From NCBI GenBank assembly GCA_012295275.1, contig CM022672.1, positions 30,256,001 to 30,320,000 of the forward strand: a stretch of 64,000 nucleotides of DNA, read 5' to 3'. Below the pieces are notes generated by a model. That model saw nothing but the letters and a program-made list of their open reading frames with translations. It ran no database searches and was not told the DNA's origin. The translations under genes and the position numbers were made by a program. The DNA is from Chrysomallon squamiferum. Its lineage: Eukaryota > Animalia > Mollusca. Numbering within the stretch: position 1 is the stretch's first letter; every line of letters begins with the position of its first letter. Below are positions 13,892-27,360 of this stretch, one piece after another.

Positions 13892-15828
13892 CATCATTGT
13901 TATTATCATCATTGTTATAATTGTTATTGTTGTTGTTATTGCTGTTATTATTGGTATTATTAATGTTATTACTATTGTTGTCGTTATTATTATTATTATT
14001 ATTATTTATATTGTGACAGTTAAAAATAAATTGTGTTTTCTTTTCCAATGAATGTAATTTTAAAGTAAAATTAAATCGGTGTTTGTAATTGCAGGAGGAT
14101 CTTGACGATCTAAATCTGGGAAAATGGAAACCAAAACTTCTGGAGTACATCATCAGCATTGCCCTCGACCACAAGGCCACGCATCGTGAGATGACGTCGG
14201 TGCTCATCTCTGACTTGTACGGCAAGATGCTTAACCACTCGGACATGGGAAAAGGATTCGATGAAATACTTGCAAGACTTTCTGACCTCACAATAGACAC
14301 CCCTGATGCACCTACAGTAAGTACTGTGTCTGTCTGTATGTGTGAACTCACAATAGACACCTCAGATGTAAGTACTGTGTCTGCCAATATAACCACAGAT
14401 GCACATACAGTAAGTACTGTGTGTCTGTCTGTATGTGTGAACTCACAATAGACACCCCAGATGCCCTTACAGTAAGTACTGTCCTTCTGTCGGTTGGATC
14501 TCACAGTAGATGATTGTGTTGAATACACAGAGTATATCTGTCTGCCTGCCTGTCTTTGTTCCATGTCAACATACATCTAGATGCATCCAGGTAAACTGTC
14601 GTGGTCTGTCTGTTTTTCTTACTGTCTCACCTCAGAATAGATACTCGAGACATAGCTATGGTATTCTGTGAATGGGTGTATGTGTGTGTTACATGTCTGA
14701 ACTCAGATAGACATCGTTTTGAAAGTTTTTCACAGTGACTCATTAGTTGTGTCTACATTACAAAAGAAAGAAATCTATCTGTAGTCAACTGTGATTTAAC
14801 TGAGGTATTTTGGAGGTTTAAGTATGAATTTGTGTGACTGAGAACTGATTTGTTTATAGATTGTGGGAGGGTTTATTGTTACACTATTTTGTTTGTAAGC
14901 TGTGGTAGAATTTATTTTTTCGCTGTTTTGTTTGTTGGTAGTGGGACAGTTAGTTGTTTCATTGTTTTGTTTGTAATAGTTCATTGTTTTGTTTGTAATA
15001 ATTAATTGTTTCATTGTTTCATTTGTTTGTAGGTAGTGGGACAGTTCATTGCTCGTGCTGTGGCTGATGATTGTCTTCCACCAAAATACATCCACAAGTT
15101 CAAGGGCACCGTGGACTGCAAGCACCAGCAGTAAGTGTGACCTACTTCTTGTATAAATACAATTGTCTATCAACAGTAAATATAACTGTGTACCAACCAG
15201 CAAATGTGTCCAGTGAATGTTTCTTTTCCAACCAGTGTAAGTAATAAATTCAACCGACAATGACAATAAAAGTAACAGACTCGGGACTGATATAATAAAT
15301 GTGTCAACTGATATTTTTCGGTACATGGGGAAGGTGCAGGCTAAATATAACTTACTGCTAAATGATAAAAAGTGGCATGAATGAGTGGCTGATACAATAT
15401 TTTTGACATTATTTAAACAAAAATATCATTTTAATTGTTTTTGATAATACTGATACATCACTTAATTGATATTCATTCAGCAGCTGACATATTTTTGTAG
15501 ATTTGTTTTTAATTCTTGAATGTTTTTTTTCCTGTGATCAGAGAGGCTCTGGACAAGGCAGATGTTCTTCTGAGTCAGAAGCATGGGATTGTTCGACTGG
15601 ACAACATCTGGGGCATTGGTGGTGGAATTCGTCCAGTTAAATACTTGATTAAGCAGGTAGAGTCCATCTCATTATGACTTTTGATTTTTTTGTTTGACAC
15701 AACAGTTGTGTCGGTAGAACTGTAGATCTTTATATCATTTACCTTTTATTTGTCTTGAGATTAACATGGCGATGTACATAACCTTGTTTCAGAGAGAGAG
15801 AGATATGCACATGTGCAAATACGCACAG

Positions 15829-15910
<82 letters not shown>

Positions 15911-17098
15911 GAAATTTATTATATTTAGGTATTATTATTCTGATTGCCACACCTCATTCAGGGCCAGACAGTATATGGCACAGTATGTTCTCTTTTTATT
16001 TCAGCCCTTTTTTCATGCATTCACTGAAAGTATACTTCATTCAGACTAAAACTACTACTTATTTTTAGTTTATGTGGTTATAATGTCTGCCCCCTTTAGC
16101 TGATGTTTAATAACAGTAAAGTCAAATTTTTTTATTAAAATTGATAAACAAATATTCATACATATATTGTAAACTATTATCATTGTCTTTACATTAACTG
16201 GTATCTTCATTCTTTCCTTTGTGTATGAATAGTTGTTTTAACTCTGTTTTTGCCTCTGATGTATTTCAGATTGTGATGTTACTTAAAGAGTATCTGTCTT
16301 CGGGAGATATTGATGAAGCAACACGTTGCCTTCGAGAACTTGAAGTACCTCACTTTCACCATGAAGTGGTCTTTGAGGTACTTAGTCATGATTTAAGCTA
16401 ACTGTAGACTGTAAAAAAAAAAAAAATATAAAAAAAAAAAAAAAAAAGTAAAAAACAAAATGTACTATTATATGATTTTTTGCTAATTGTAGCCTGTAAG
16501 AAAAAATGTATAATAAAAACTAAAACAAAAAATAAAAAAGAAAATGTACTATTACTATGATCTTAGCTAATTGTAGATTGTAAAAAAAAAAAAAATAATA
16601 ATAATAATATTAATAAAAATAAAAAATATTGTGGATATCTGTACTTTAATGTGCTTTTAGCTAATTATTGACTGCCAAAAAACAAAATCTGGATGTGTAT
16701 GGAAACTATTTGCATTTGCAGGCCACAGTGATTGTACTTGAAGATTCGAGTGAGCGTTCGGCAGAGATGATGTGTGAGTTGCTGAAGTCGCTGTCTGATT
16801 CTGTGATCATCACGTCAGAGCAGATGGTTCAGGTATTAAACTCGTAGCTTTACTTCACCTGTTTGCTTTAGGAGCTGAATGTCATGAAATCATTTCTCGT
16901 TGAAGAATTTATAGCCATTTCTCTAGTACAAAGCCAAAACAACAAAAAATAAAAAACCATGATAATAATGAATGAATGAATGAATGAATGGATATAAAAT
17001 GGTCTATCAAAGATTTTTTGAAGCTTAAAATCCTGCAATAAGATGCCAAATGGCAGTCTTTTTTTTTAAATTTATTTTATATTTTTAAAATTCACTTT

Positions 17099-17131
<33 letters not shown>

Positions 17132-18405
17132 AGATATATAGATATAGATATATTTATTGATACAGAGATATTGGTTTTTTATTTTCAATTTGAAACTAGT
17201 TTAATCAATACCCCAAACCAGTCTTTATCAAATACTAGGAAACAAAATTGCAGTCTCTTTCAAATGATTACCATACACCAGTCTAAGTTAACTAATTCAT
17301 ATAAAAAAAACAAAAAAACTTTATTATCATTTATTATGCATTTTTCTAAATAATGGAAAATCCTTTATATAATAAACACTCTTTATCAAACAAAGGTATA
17401 CTCCATTTTAATTTAAACTATTTTTTTTTTTAAGTCTGGCATTCTGTTTTATGCTGTGAATTTGTGTTTTCAGGGATTTCGGCGAGTGTACGACAACATG
17501 CCTGACTTGTGTCTTGACGTCCCCAACGCCTACATGCTGCTCGAGAGATTTGCAAACATCTGCCACAGAGAGGGCATTCTTACAGCCACTCTTCTGAAAG
17601 AGCTGCCGCAGAGGTTAGTCACTTTGATATCAATATGCCGCAGAGGTTAGTCACTTTGATATTAACATGCCGCAGAGGTTAGTCACTTTGATATGAATAT
17701 GCCGCAGATGTTAGTCACTTTGATATCAACATGCCGCAGAGGTTAGCCACGTTGATATGAATATGCCGCAGAGGTTAGTCACTTTGATATGAATATGCCG
17801 CAGAGGTTAGTCACTTTGATATGAATATGCCACAGAGGTTAGTCACGTTGATATGAATATGCCGCAGAGGTTAGTCACGTTGATATGAATATGCCACAGA
17901 GGTTAGTCACGTTGATATGAATATGCCGCAGAGGTTAGTCACGTTGATATGAATATGCCGCAGAGGTTAGTCACTTTGATATGAATATGCCACAGGTTAG
18001 TCACTTCAGAGGTTGATTAAACATTAATATCTATCTTAGAGATTAGCACCCAACCTAGTAGTATAATAACCTCAGTGTTAAAAGTGGAATTAGTCACTTT
18101 TGAAACAACAGCTTCCTTAGTCATTTTAATATTAATAGCTGCCACAGAGTTAGTCATTGATATTAATAGCTGCCACAGAGTTAGTCATTGATATTAACAG
18201 CTGCCACAGAGTTAGTCATTGATATTAATAGATGACACAGTGAGTCATTTTAGTATTAATAGCCGCAAGAGTTTAAGTCTTTTTAATAACTGCCTGTGAG
18301 GGAAGTCACTTTATTAATGATAGATTCATTGACATTAGTCATTTTGTAAATTAATTTTGTTATTTCCCATTCCAACCAAGCTCCATTGTTATTGTGTTAG
18401 TTGTG

Positions 18406-18482
<77 letters not shown>

Positions 18483-18701
18483 CTCATATAAGAAAGCAGG
18501 ATGTTGCTTAGCAAAAACTGTTAAAACTGGTTTATTCATTACTTTAGAAATACAGTCAAAAGATCAATATAAAATATTGGTCTTTTTACAGAAATATCTT
18601 TATTTCTTTTTATATACATATTTTTGTTTTATTTCTTCAGGGGCAGAAAACGATTTGTTTCTGAGGGAGACGGAGGTCGGGTCAAACAGATTGACCCTTA
18701 A
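8962..18701 (+). CDS. PDCD4: Programmed cell death protein 4 (two MA3 domains, eIF4A-binding translation repressor)
   Basis: Exons 8962-9235, 12941-13044, 13634-13747, 14095-14316, 15033-15130, 15542-15656, 16270-16377, 16722-16832, 17474-17613, 18641-18701, all phase-consistent. Hallmark motifs: [76 protein letters not shown]. Confidence 0.96.
13085..13270. repeat. About 24-bp minisatellite (aaaacagcttgaataagttggtt), about 7 copies, PDCD4 intron 2
   Basis: Directly visible tandem units starting about 40 nt after the exon 2 donor. Confidence 0.85.
14288..14482 (+). repeat. Tandem copies of the PDCD4 exon 4 3' end plus splice donor
   Basis: ctcacaatagacacc and gtaagtactgt are repeated, giving extra GTAAGT donors at 14368, 14410 and 14472. 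Confidence 0.85.
16378..16680 (+). repeat. Four diverged copies of the intron 7 5' segment (gtact...gctaa.tgtag.ctgt), separated by A-rich tracts
   Basis: Copies begin at about 16378, 16462, 16546 and 16641. Confidence 0.7.
17605..18006 (+). repeat. 32-bp minisatellite, 12 copies plus a partial, spanning the PDCD4 exon 9 donor
   Basis: Unit gccgcagagGTTAGTcactttgatatgaatat with an exact 32-bp period from 17605 to 17988. Degenerate copies of about 29 bp follow at about 18138-18270. Confidence 0.95.
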
Positions 18702-19747
18702 AGTGCTACAACAAAGAGAGAGTGAATTGTAAAGGAATTTTGGTGATGGTTGGCATTCCAGTTGAATGTATGGTTTGGAATGATGCAAAGTGTTTTATTG
18801 AGTTACTTGTGAAGGCAGTGGATGAAGGCATTACAATGGTGGTTTTTTTTTTTTTTTGATCAGTTAATGTTAGCATAATTTCCATTCATTCTTATCGGTG
18901 TTAACATCATAACTGTGAATGTAGATATGCATCTCATTGCTTCCTATGTCTTTTTCACTTGCAATGTGCATTTTTTTTTTTTTTCTAAGGTTTACGTTTG
19001 TGTGTAGTTTTTTCAAATGAAAATGTGCATATTCTTTTCTGGTTTCTTTACTTTTTCTTTTTGGATTGATTTTTTCGTTGGTTTTTTTATCAAAATTTTT
19101 TGAAATGAACTAATTGTGAATAAAGAAATTTTGTTAGTTGAATCTGTGTTTATTTTGACCTTTTTTGTTTTTTTTTTTAAATTATAATATAAAATCAATG
19201 CATATATTACATGTGATAATTTCAGTTCTAACTTCTACATTTTAAAAAGCGATAAATTAATAAGGGGTGATTTGGAAGAATAACAATATCAATAAACAGC
19301 ATACTGAAATAATGTTGTATAAATCCAATAAATATATGTCATTATTTAGGAAGAAGATATGAAAATAACACGTTCTTAAGCTGGGGTTGTTAGACTGCAA
19401 GAAATAAAAACAGAAAGATAGTAGTATAGCAAATACAATAAATATTATGTCAAATAAATAAATGAATCGATACAGTAAAAAAAAGGTGGAGGTTACGTAC
19501 AAGTTTCCAAGATCTCTTACACGACTAGAATATATTAAACGTAAAAATAATTATTAATGAGTTGTTGATCATGTGAGCATCGTTTAAAAGCAATTCTAGT
19601 CTCTCTAAAATAAATAGTAACCTCAATATTAAATGAGATTTTTTTTTCCTGAAGTTCTAGGAATCAATGTATTACAATATCGATGATAATTCTGCTTTCC
19701 ATAGTTAGTCAGTTTTACTGTCTTTCTGCTTATTTTGAACAATAAAA

Positions 19748-20521
19748 TGACGTCATTCCGCAACACGTAATATATGACGTTACACCGACTTGTCCGTGTA
19801 TGAGGTTTTTAAGTCTCTGGGGTGTACGTACAATAAAAGTAGGTATGTCATGTTTTGTTTCTCATAAATAGTAATTCAGTTCGTGTGGTAATATTTCCAT
19901 TGTTCTAAATGAGATGAAGGCACACCAACAGAAATAAAAGTGATATTATGTTTTAATTAAAAAGAACTTTAACACGTTTTAGCAGTTATTTTCAGAAATT
20001 AGAACACGTAACAAGATAAATTAGCTGGCTCTGCCAGACACTGTAACTTATTATACGTTACGCAAAAACTCATTAGAATAATACTAGGGTAGCTAGCTAT
20101 CCATTGGTTTGAGCTTTAACTACAATTGTTTCAAATAATGAAATGACGTCATTAGGCGACACGGCAACAGGTAACAACGCCCAGAAGTCACTGTGGATGA
20201 GGTTCGTAGAATTCCGAAAAGAGTATAACAGTTTTGTTTCTTTCGTTCGTGCTATTTCCAAACATGCTAATGTATAAGGAGTATAAAATTTCCGGTGTTC
20301 TAAAACATTACGTAATTCATGCTGAGATGAAATAGCAGAAATACAGTAGCCAAAAAATTACTGTTATATGACGTCATCACAAAACATGACTGTAAAACAA
20401 GATGGATTCTAAAAACACTGCAGAATAGGACAGCGTGGTCCGTGTTCTGGCTATCATATACACTGATTTAAATTCAGCAGCATTATTTTCACTTATCACC
20501 TGCCATATTCATCGACAACAG

Positions 20522-20568
<47 letters not shown>

Positions 20569-20657
20569 TGCCTTCATATGACTGCTTTCTACGGAGATTT
20601 TTATTGCGGACATATTTCAGTATCGCCATTAGGCTTGTACTATAAAACGTGACGTCA
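19748..20657. promoter_or_regulatory. Cluster of four perfect TGACGTCA (CRE) palindromes
   Basis: TGACGTCA at 19748, 20144, 20369 and 20650. Function unproven; may derive from a repeat. Confidence 0.35.
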
Positions 20658-23492
20658 CATTGTGGCGGTGCCGCTAAACAAACGGGCTGAGCATACACTA
20701 AGGAATCGTTTTCTTGTGTGCTTTGTTTTAAAACAAACAAACAAATAAATAAATAAATAAATAAATAAAATAAGATGAATTAGATAAAATATTTTATTTA
20801 AAATTAAGGTATTGAAAATATATTTATTTATTTATTGTTATTATTAATATTTTTCTTAAACTGATATAATCATAGATTGAATATTATAAATTCTTGCTAT
20901 GGAATACAGGCCTATCGACTTCTCATGTTGTCTAAAAACCCTTTTAACACACGCACCCACACACACACGCGCATTATAGGGACATAAAATTGCATATTTG
21001 CAGGTTATGCAATAATCATTTTTGTGATCAAGTATTTCGACGTGATTATTGTTACACTTCTGTTGTGTCTATTTAAAATTAAAATAAATAAATGTTAAGT
21101 GATATGAAAACTACGTCATGTTACTTGTATTTCCTTTTAAATCTAATATTATTAACAAGATTAGTTTGTTAATAATATTAGAGAAAGAAAGAAAGAAAAA
21201 CAATTTTAAAAGGGGGCTGCTTCTCTTTAACACTACACTGTACAAAAGTTAACTGTTCACACGCTTTTTAGATATTGCTTATATTCGCCATTCATAATCA
21301 TTATGAGATCTTTAATAATTATTAATAGACGTACACAGTCGATTTTACGGAAGCTCCTGCCTCGGAAACGCTTTCAAACCGGATAAAATTACTCCAGGCA
21401 TCTGAAATAATTTAATTAAAATTTAATCTAATCTAATCTAATCTAATCTATTTATTTATTGATAATCGAATATGACTGATACAAAAAAACGTTAACATTT
21501 CTAATAATGTATTTCATATAATCATTCAATTTATATTTAATATTTGTTTAATTTAATTAATATCCATGTTGCTTTCGATAAATGAGGGATGTACAGTAAT
21601 ATATTTAATGTTTTGGAGAAAAAGGCTTTGGAAATCCTGGATTTCGGAAAACTGATGGTGTCGCCTGTTGCTTTTCCGGAGATGTCGGATGTTGACGTAA
21701 TCAAGATGTCTACATATTTTTCCTAGCATTTATTTATCGCGATAAATGACGTTAAATATTATAATTACCACTTTCCCCCATAATGTACGTAATTTACAGG
21801 TACATGTGAATGCATAAAATCTGAAAGAATAAATAAACTCCATTATTTTTTAATTCACACAAAGGTGTATTTATTTTTCTTTAATACTTCTGTTTTGAGG
21901 ATATCTGGTAGATAGTTTTGTTAATTTACATAATTTTATTATACAAATTTCATATATGAAATGATAACAGAATACAATATAATTTAAAAGTATTTTTTAT
22001 AACTTACAGCGATATATAATGCAATAACATACTTTGATGACAGTACTTAACAAAATTAACAATATCACCAATCTATTAAGTAACAGCAAAATGTAAGTCA
22101 CATGCTTAAATGCATTCAAGTTCGACGTAAATATTCAGAACATATACAAATATATCAATATAAATTCTGTTGCTGTGAAATGATTTCCGAATAGAGAAAC
22201 ACAAATTCTTGATAACCCAAAGTATAGCTTTCACTGACGAAGAAACTGACGTGAAAATTTTGTTTATCAACAAAATTTATAGACACTTTTTTCCTTGAGC
22301 TCTTGCATAATCATAACGAGCAGTTTTTTATTTTTTTTAATTTTTTATTAGTAATATTAAAATTAAATATTCTTCAGGCGTAAGTTCTTGAATACTTATT
22401 TACGCACAGCTATAAGCTTTTTGAAAAGGATGTTGTTACTGTAGTGGACGATGTTTCAATGTTTAATTATAAAATAACTGAGATGTTGTTCAATAGCTGC
22501 TTGACTGTTCTTTTACAACAGTAATTGTACAGTGTATTTGATATACCAGTTCCTTACCTATGAATAAACAATAATTTTGTTCTTAATCATACTAATTTTC
22601 CTATGTAAATATAAACTTTAAACTATAAGAATAATAACAAATAAATTCAATATATATAAACTAAAATTAAAAACACCTTGGTAATAATAAACAAAGAGAA
22701 AAAAAGGAAAAAGAAGATGAAAATAAAAATTAATATATAAAAAGTTTATTTGGATTTTGAATAAAAATGACAAAAGAAACTATAGATAAAACAAGGTTTT
22801 CTTCTTATTACTATGCATTTGTTTCTGATATACATGTGTACAGTTACTATTATTATTATTATTGTTACTACTACATGGTGAAAACCAGCACTGATTAAAT
22901 CAAAATAAAAGATTAAATAATAATAATATAATATATATGTTACATATTACATCTACCCTGGAAAGAATATCTTACAAAAGCTAGTGAAAATGCCCATATT
23001 TTTGTTATTAATATATTTGGATCATAATAAATAATGATATCAAAATCACAAACAGCAGTCAAAACCAGTTATTCTGAATTAAACTGACCATTTTCAGCAT
23101 AAGAGTTATTTATTATTATTATCACCACCATCATCATTATTATCATTATTCTGTATTATTGTTGTTATTGGCTGCTATTTTTTCTATTTTGTTTCTTCAG
23201 CATATCTCAGCAATATTAGCTCACTTAAAATGAAGAGTTCAGTATCAAATGATAATGTACAATCACCTGAGGCAATGATTAACACAAAAGGATTTATGGA
23301 TTAAATATGCACTAAAATAATTCTGAACAATTTTAACTGTATATCAAATCACCCTAACTACCATGAAAACTAAAGTTTTAACTGTTACGACATTTTCACA
23401 GTAACTCACAAAATCTTTCAAAATACAACACAATTATAATTCTTTTACATTTGAGCAAAGTTTTCATAGAAATTCATTTAGATGTGATTTTC

Positions 23493-23544
<52 letters not shown>

Positions 23545-24194
23545 TTTACCTTTTATTAAGAAAATAAAAAGTAGATAAGTTATAAATTGCTTCATTTATT
23601 ATTTAAAAGGTCTGAAAGTTATAATTAAATTTTTAATTCATTTGTTTAAATAGTTTTTAAAATAAATGTCAGATTTGACACCATAGGTTATTTATTTATT
23701 TAAAAAATTAAATAATGAAATGAAAGAAAAACTTCTGTTTCTGCTAATTCATACATGATGATACAAAAATAAAAATAAGAATGAAACAAAAGAAAATATC
23801 ACAATGGTTTTTGATCATTATGGCAAACATTTCATTTCTCACTAAAATTTACTACTCTAACTACAGTTTGTATATAAACAAATGGCACACTATTGAATAA
23901 TGAATATTTCATTTTTCCATTACTATAGTTATTATCTACAATAATATTTAAAAAAAATTTTTTTTTTTTTTTTTTTTTGTACATACATATTGTTCTAGTA
24001 TGTAACACAAACATACACAAAGCATGAAAATTACAGACTTCATAAATTACTACTGATTTGTTTACCTTCCGGTTTTACTGATTTAACAGTGAAATTAAAA
24101 CATACAATTAAACAGTAATTTGGTAGTATATAAAATATATTTCAGCTATTTTGTCAGCTAAAACCATTGCCATATATCAATATGCCATTTTGTC

Positions 24195-24234
<40 letters not shown>

Positions 24235-26553
24235 GATTTGAATTAAATTTTATATATATATAGACACACACACATACACATTGTCTTATGTATCTTAAAC
24301 AAAGCAAATGGAAGACTGGTCACATAATTTATTAAAACTAATATAATTCTACTGGGCACACAGCTGGACAAACAACTAATAGCTGTAGGAATATATTTAG
24401 TTAAAATCCAATCCAGAAGCTATTAAAAATAAATGATGTTAGCCAATCAGGTGTAATATGAATCTATCGGTTCATAAAGGTCACTTTTTAATATATAAAA
24501 AGTTTACAATTTCTTTATGTATATATAAAAATACACATATGCATCAAATTATCTATGTGTACACACACACACAAAGAAATATCTGGAACAAGATGCACTG
24601 ACCCATTTGACTTATATTCAGAATTTATTTCACACTCTGCTGTGTAAATATAATACAGTATGACATGTATTAAGACAGAGTATTATTTTATTGTTTCTTA
24701 ATGTACAAAAAAAACATTTTTCAAAAGAATTTAGTTTGTCAGTAAAAGCTGCCTGAATGTACACAAATATATTCTTATCAGAGTGCACTGTATAGAATAA
24801 AACTTTAAAACCAGATTAAAAAAAGAGTAAAAGAAAAGTGATGTGAATAAATAAATAAATAAATAAATAAATTAAATTAATTAAATTAAATTAAAATAGC
24901 AGAAAATAAAGAACTGATTTATTTGTTTACAATTATTAAAAAAATGTTAATATAAATAATGATTAAAACATTTGTTTCTTTATTGTTTCTCAGCAAAAGT
25001 ATTGTATAATAAGACTGTTCAAACTGTCAAAGGATATTCTTGTGAAATTTAAACAATATAATAATATAAACAGTTTCGCTTTTTTCAGACGCTTTACATT
25101 GTTTTAAAAAAGAAAACCTCTGTTATTATATTCATATTTATATAAAAATTTCACATACATGTATGTATGTGTGTCAGACTCCAAGGTAGAAAAGGAAAAA
25201 CAAATAATCATCTTAATGCACAATTTCTGATATTATAAACATATAGAAACATAATAAACATAAAATATACATTAAAAAATATTTTCAACTTGTTTGATTA
25301 TTGATGTGATTAGTAGATTTAATTGCATTAGCATGGTTATGTTTGTGGTGATCTTTGTAAAATAGGAATAGAAACATTTGATGTCAGAAAGTTACTGGTT
25401 TATCACAGATAAAAATGGAAAATTTAAAAAAATATGATGATAAATAAAATAATAATAACAAAAAAGTTATAAGATGAAAATAAATAATAAATAATAGTAA
25501 TAATTAAAATCATAATAATAATAATAATAAAATAAATAAATGAAAACAAAAATAAGTTTATCCAACAATAAATATTACTAGTAATAAAAGAGGAAGAGAA
25601 TAAGAAGGGACAGAACTCTTTATCACATTTTCTCAAGTTTCAAAGTTTGACATAAATGAGTAAGATTAATATTATTTAGCCAGTTTTTACTGCTGTGAAG
25701 AATGAATATTTGAAAAGTTGGTGTCAAAAATTGTTTAATAAATGATGCTTTGCAACATAAAGAATTGCTAAACAAAAACAAGAAAAGCAATATGGCTGCC
25801 TTCCAGAGACCTCTAAAGAACATGTCAAAACAACAACAAGTTAAACCTCACTACTAAGGCCATAACAATTCCTTTATCAACAGGTGGACAGTATTATCTG
25901 GCTGCAAACACTTAAAAAATACAAAAATGTAAATTCTCCATTATATAGAAAATAATTTCATTTGTTGAAGCAATTTCATCAAACAACCATCCAGTAACAA
26001 CAGTGAAGTAAAAGTAAGGCACAAATTTAAAAGTAAAAGACTTAAATAAAAAAAATGGTAGAAATGTTACCATGGCAATATCATTGTAATTATATCAACA
26101 GAAAGCTTAATAATTCACGTCCATGGATTATTTTAAAAATATTGGCATGATAAATCTGTCTTGTTTCAGCTGTACCGATATGATTAAGACACAAAACACA
26201 CACTTGCCAAAAAAAAGAATATACATATTCAAAATATCTAGAACAAAGCAATATATGTGCACAAAACACTTTTAAAGCCTCAAAAAGTATCCTGCCCCAA
26301 AATTCCCCCAAAATTAATAAAAATCACAATAAGTAGACAAAAAAACATAATTAAAAATAAAATAAATTAACAATCTTTTTATTATCGTTTTAAAAAATAT
26401 ATATATATAACTAAACATTTTAATTTTTTTTTAAATGAACTGCACACGAATTGTTAAAAACAGATTTCAAACACAGAAAACATGCCTAGCTATTCTGCTC
26501 ACACACACACAAAACAAAGAGCTGTCTTCTTTCATAGACTGGTAGCCACACAC

Positions 26554-27220
26554 TCATATCCTAATTTTGCCAGAGTTTATATCGGAATATACTTGTGGGG
26601 TGACAGGTTCAAACTGACCCAATTTTGAGTTCATGTAAAAAATTTTGTCATTTGTCACATTCGGGTTGAATCCTTCTCTCCGAAGTTCTGTTTTCACTAA
26701 CTTGAATGTACCTAAAAATTAAAAATTAAAAATTAAAAATATCAGTATTTAAATACACTGATTAAACTAAAAAAAAAATTGTTTTGTTGAATGCTTTCTC
26801 TTACTTGAAAGTATCTAAAATTATATAAAAAAAACCAACACACATTATAGATGTTCATATCTGAACAATAAAGGTATTTTATTATTTTTTTTTTTTTTTT
26901 GACCTATTTTTTACTTTTACTGAAGCAGTAAAAAAGCTTGAATGAATTAACAGCTGAACATTTCAGTTAATAACTTAATGTAAAAGCCAAAAAACAAAAA
27001 TGTAATAAAATAAAAAAAATCTATGGACATTAATGAATAAAATAAAATAAAATCACTGAATATAACCCCAACACTCATGTGATACGCTAACATAAAAGGA
27101 AAAAAGATATAAATAAAAAAAAAATAAAAAAAAAATACATAAAGATGCAATAAATAATTATTAAAAAAAAATAATAATAAAAAGACAACCTGAAATAAAT
27201 AAGTAAATAAATAATAATAA

Positions 27221-27261
<41 letters not shown>

Positions 27262-27317
27262 ATCATTGAAAATAAAAAATAAAAATAAAATAAAATAACT
27301 ATATTAAAAATGAACAA

Positions 27318-27360
<43 letters not shown>

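Noticed and set aside
13743-14576. 277-aa minus-strand ORF
   Set aside because: It is the antisense of PDCD4 exon 4 plus an (aat)n microsatellite giving poly-Asn, with no independent coding signal.
14796-15326. 176-aa minus-strand ORF
   Set aside because: Antisense shadow of PDCD4 exon 5 and low-complexity intron sequence.
17605-18006. CRISPR-like appearance of the 32-bp array
   Set aside because: Units are head-to-tail with no unique spacers, there are no cas genes, and the context is a eukaryotic intron.
18702-19700. miR-21 site in the PDCD4 3' UTR
   Set aside because: I saw no full ATAAGCT seed match, and miR-21 is a vertebrate miRNA.
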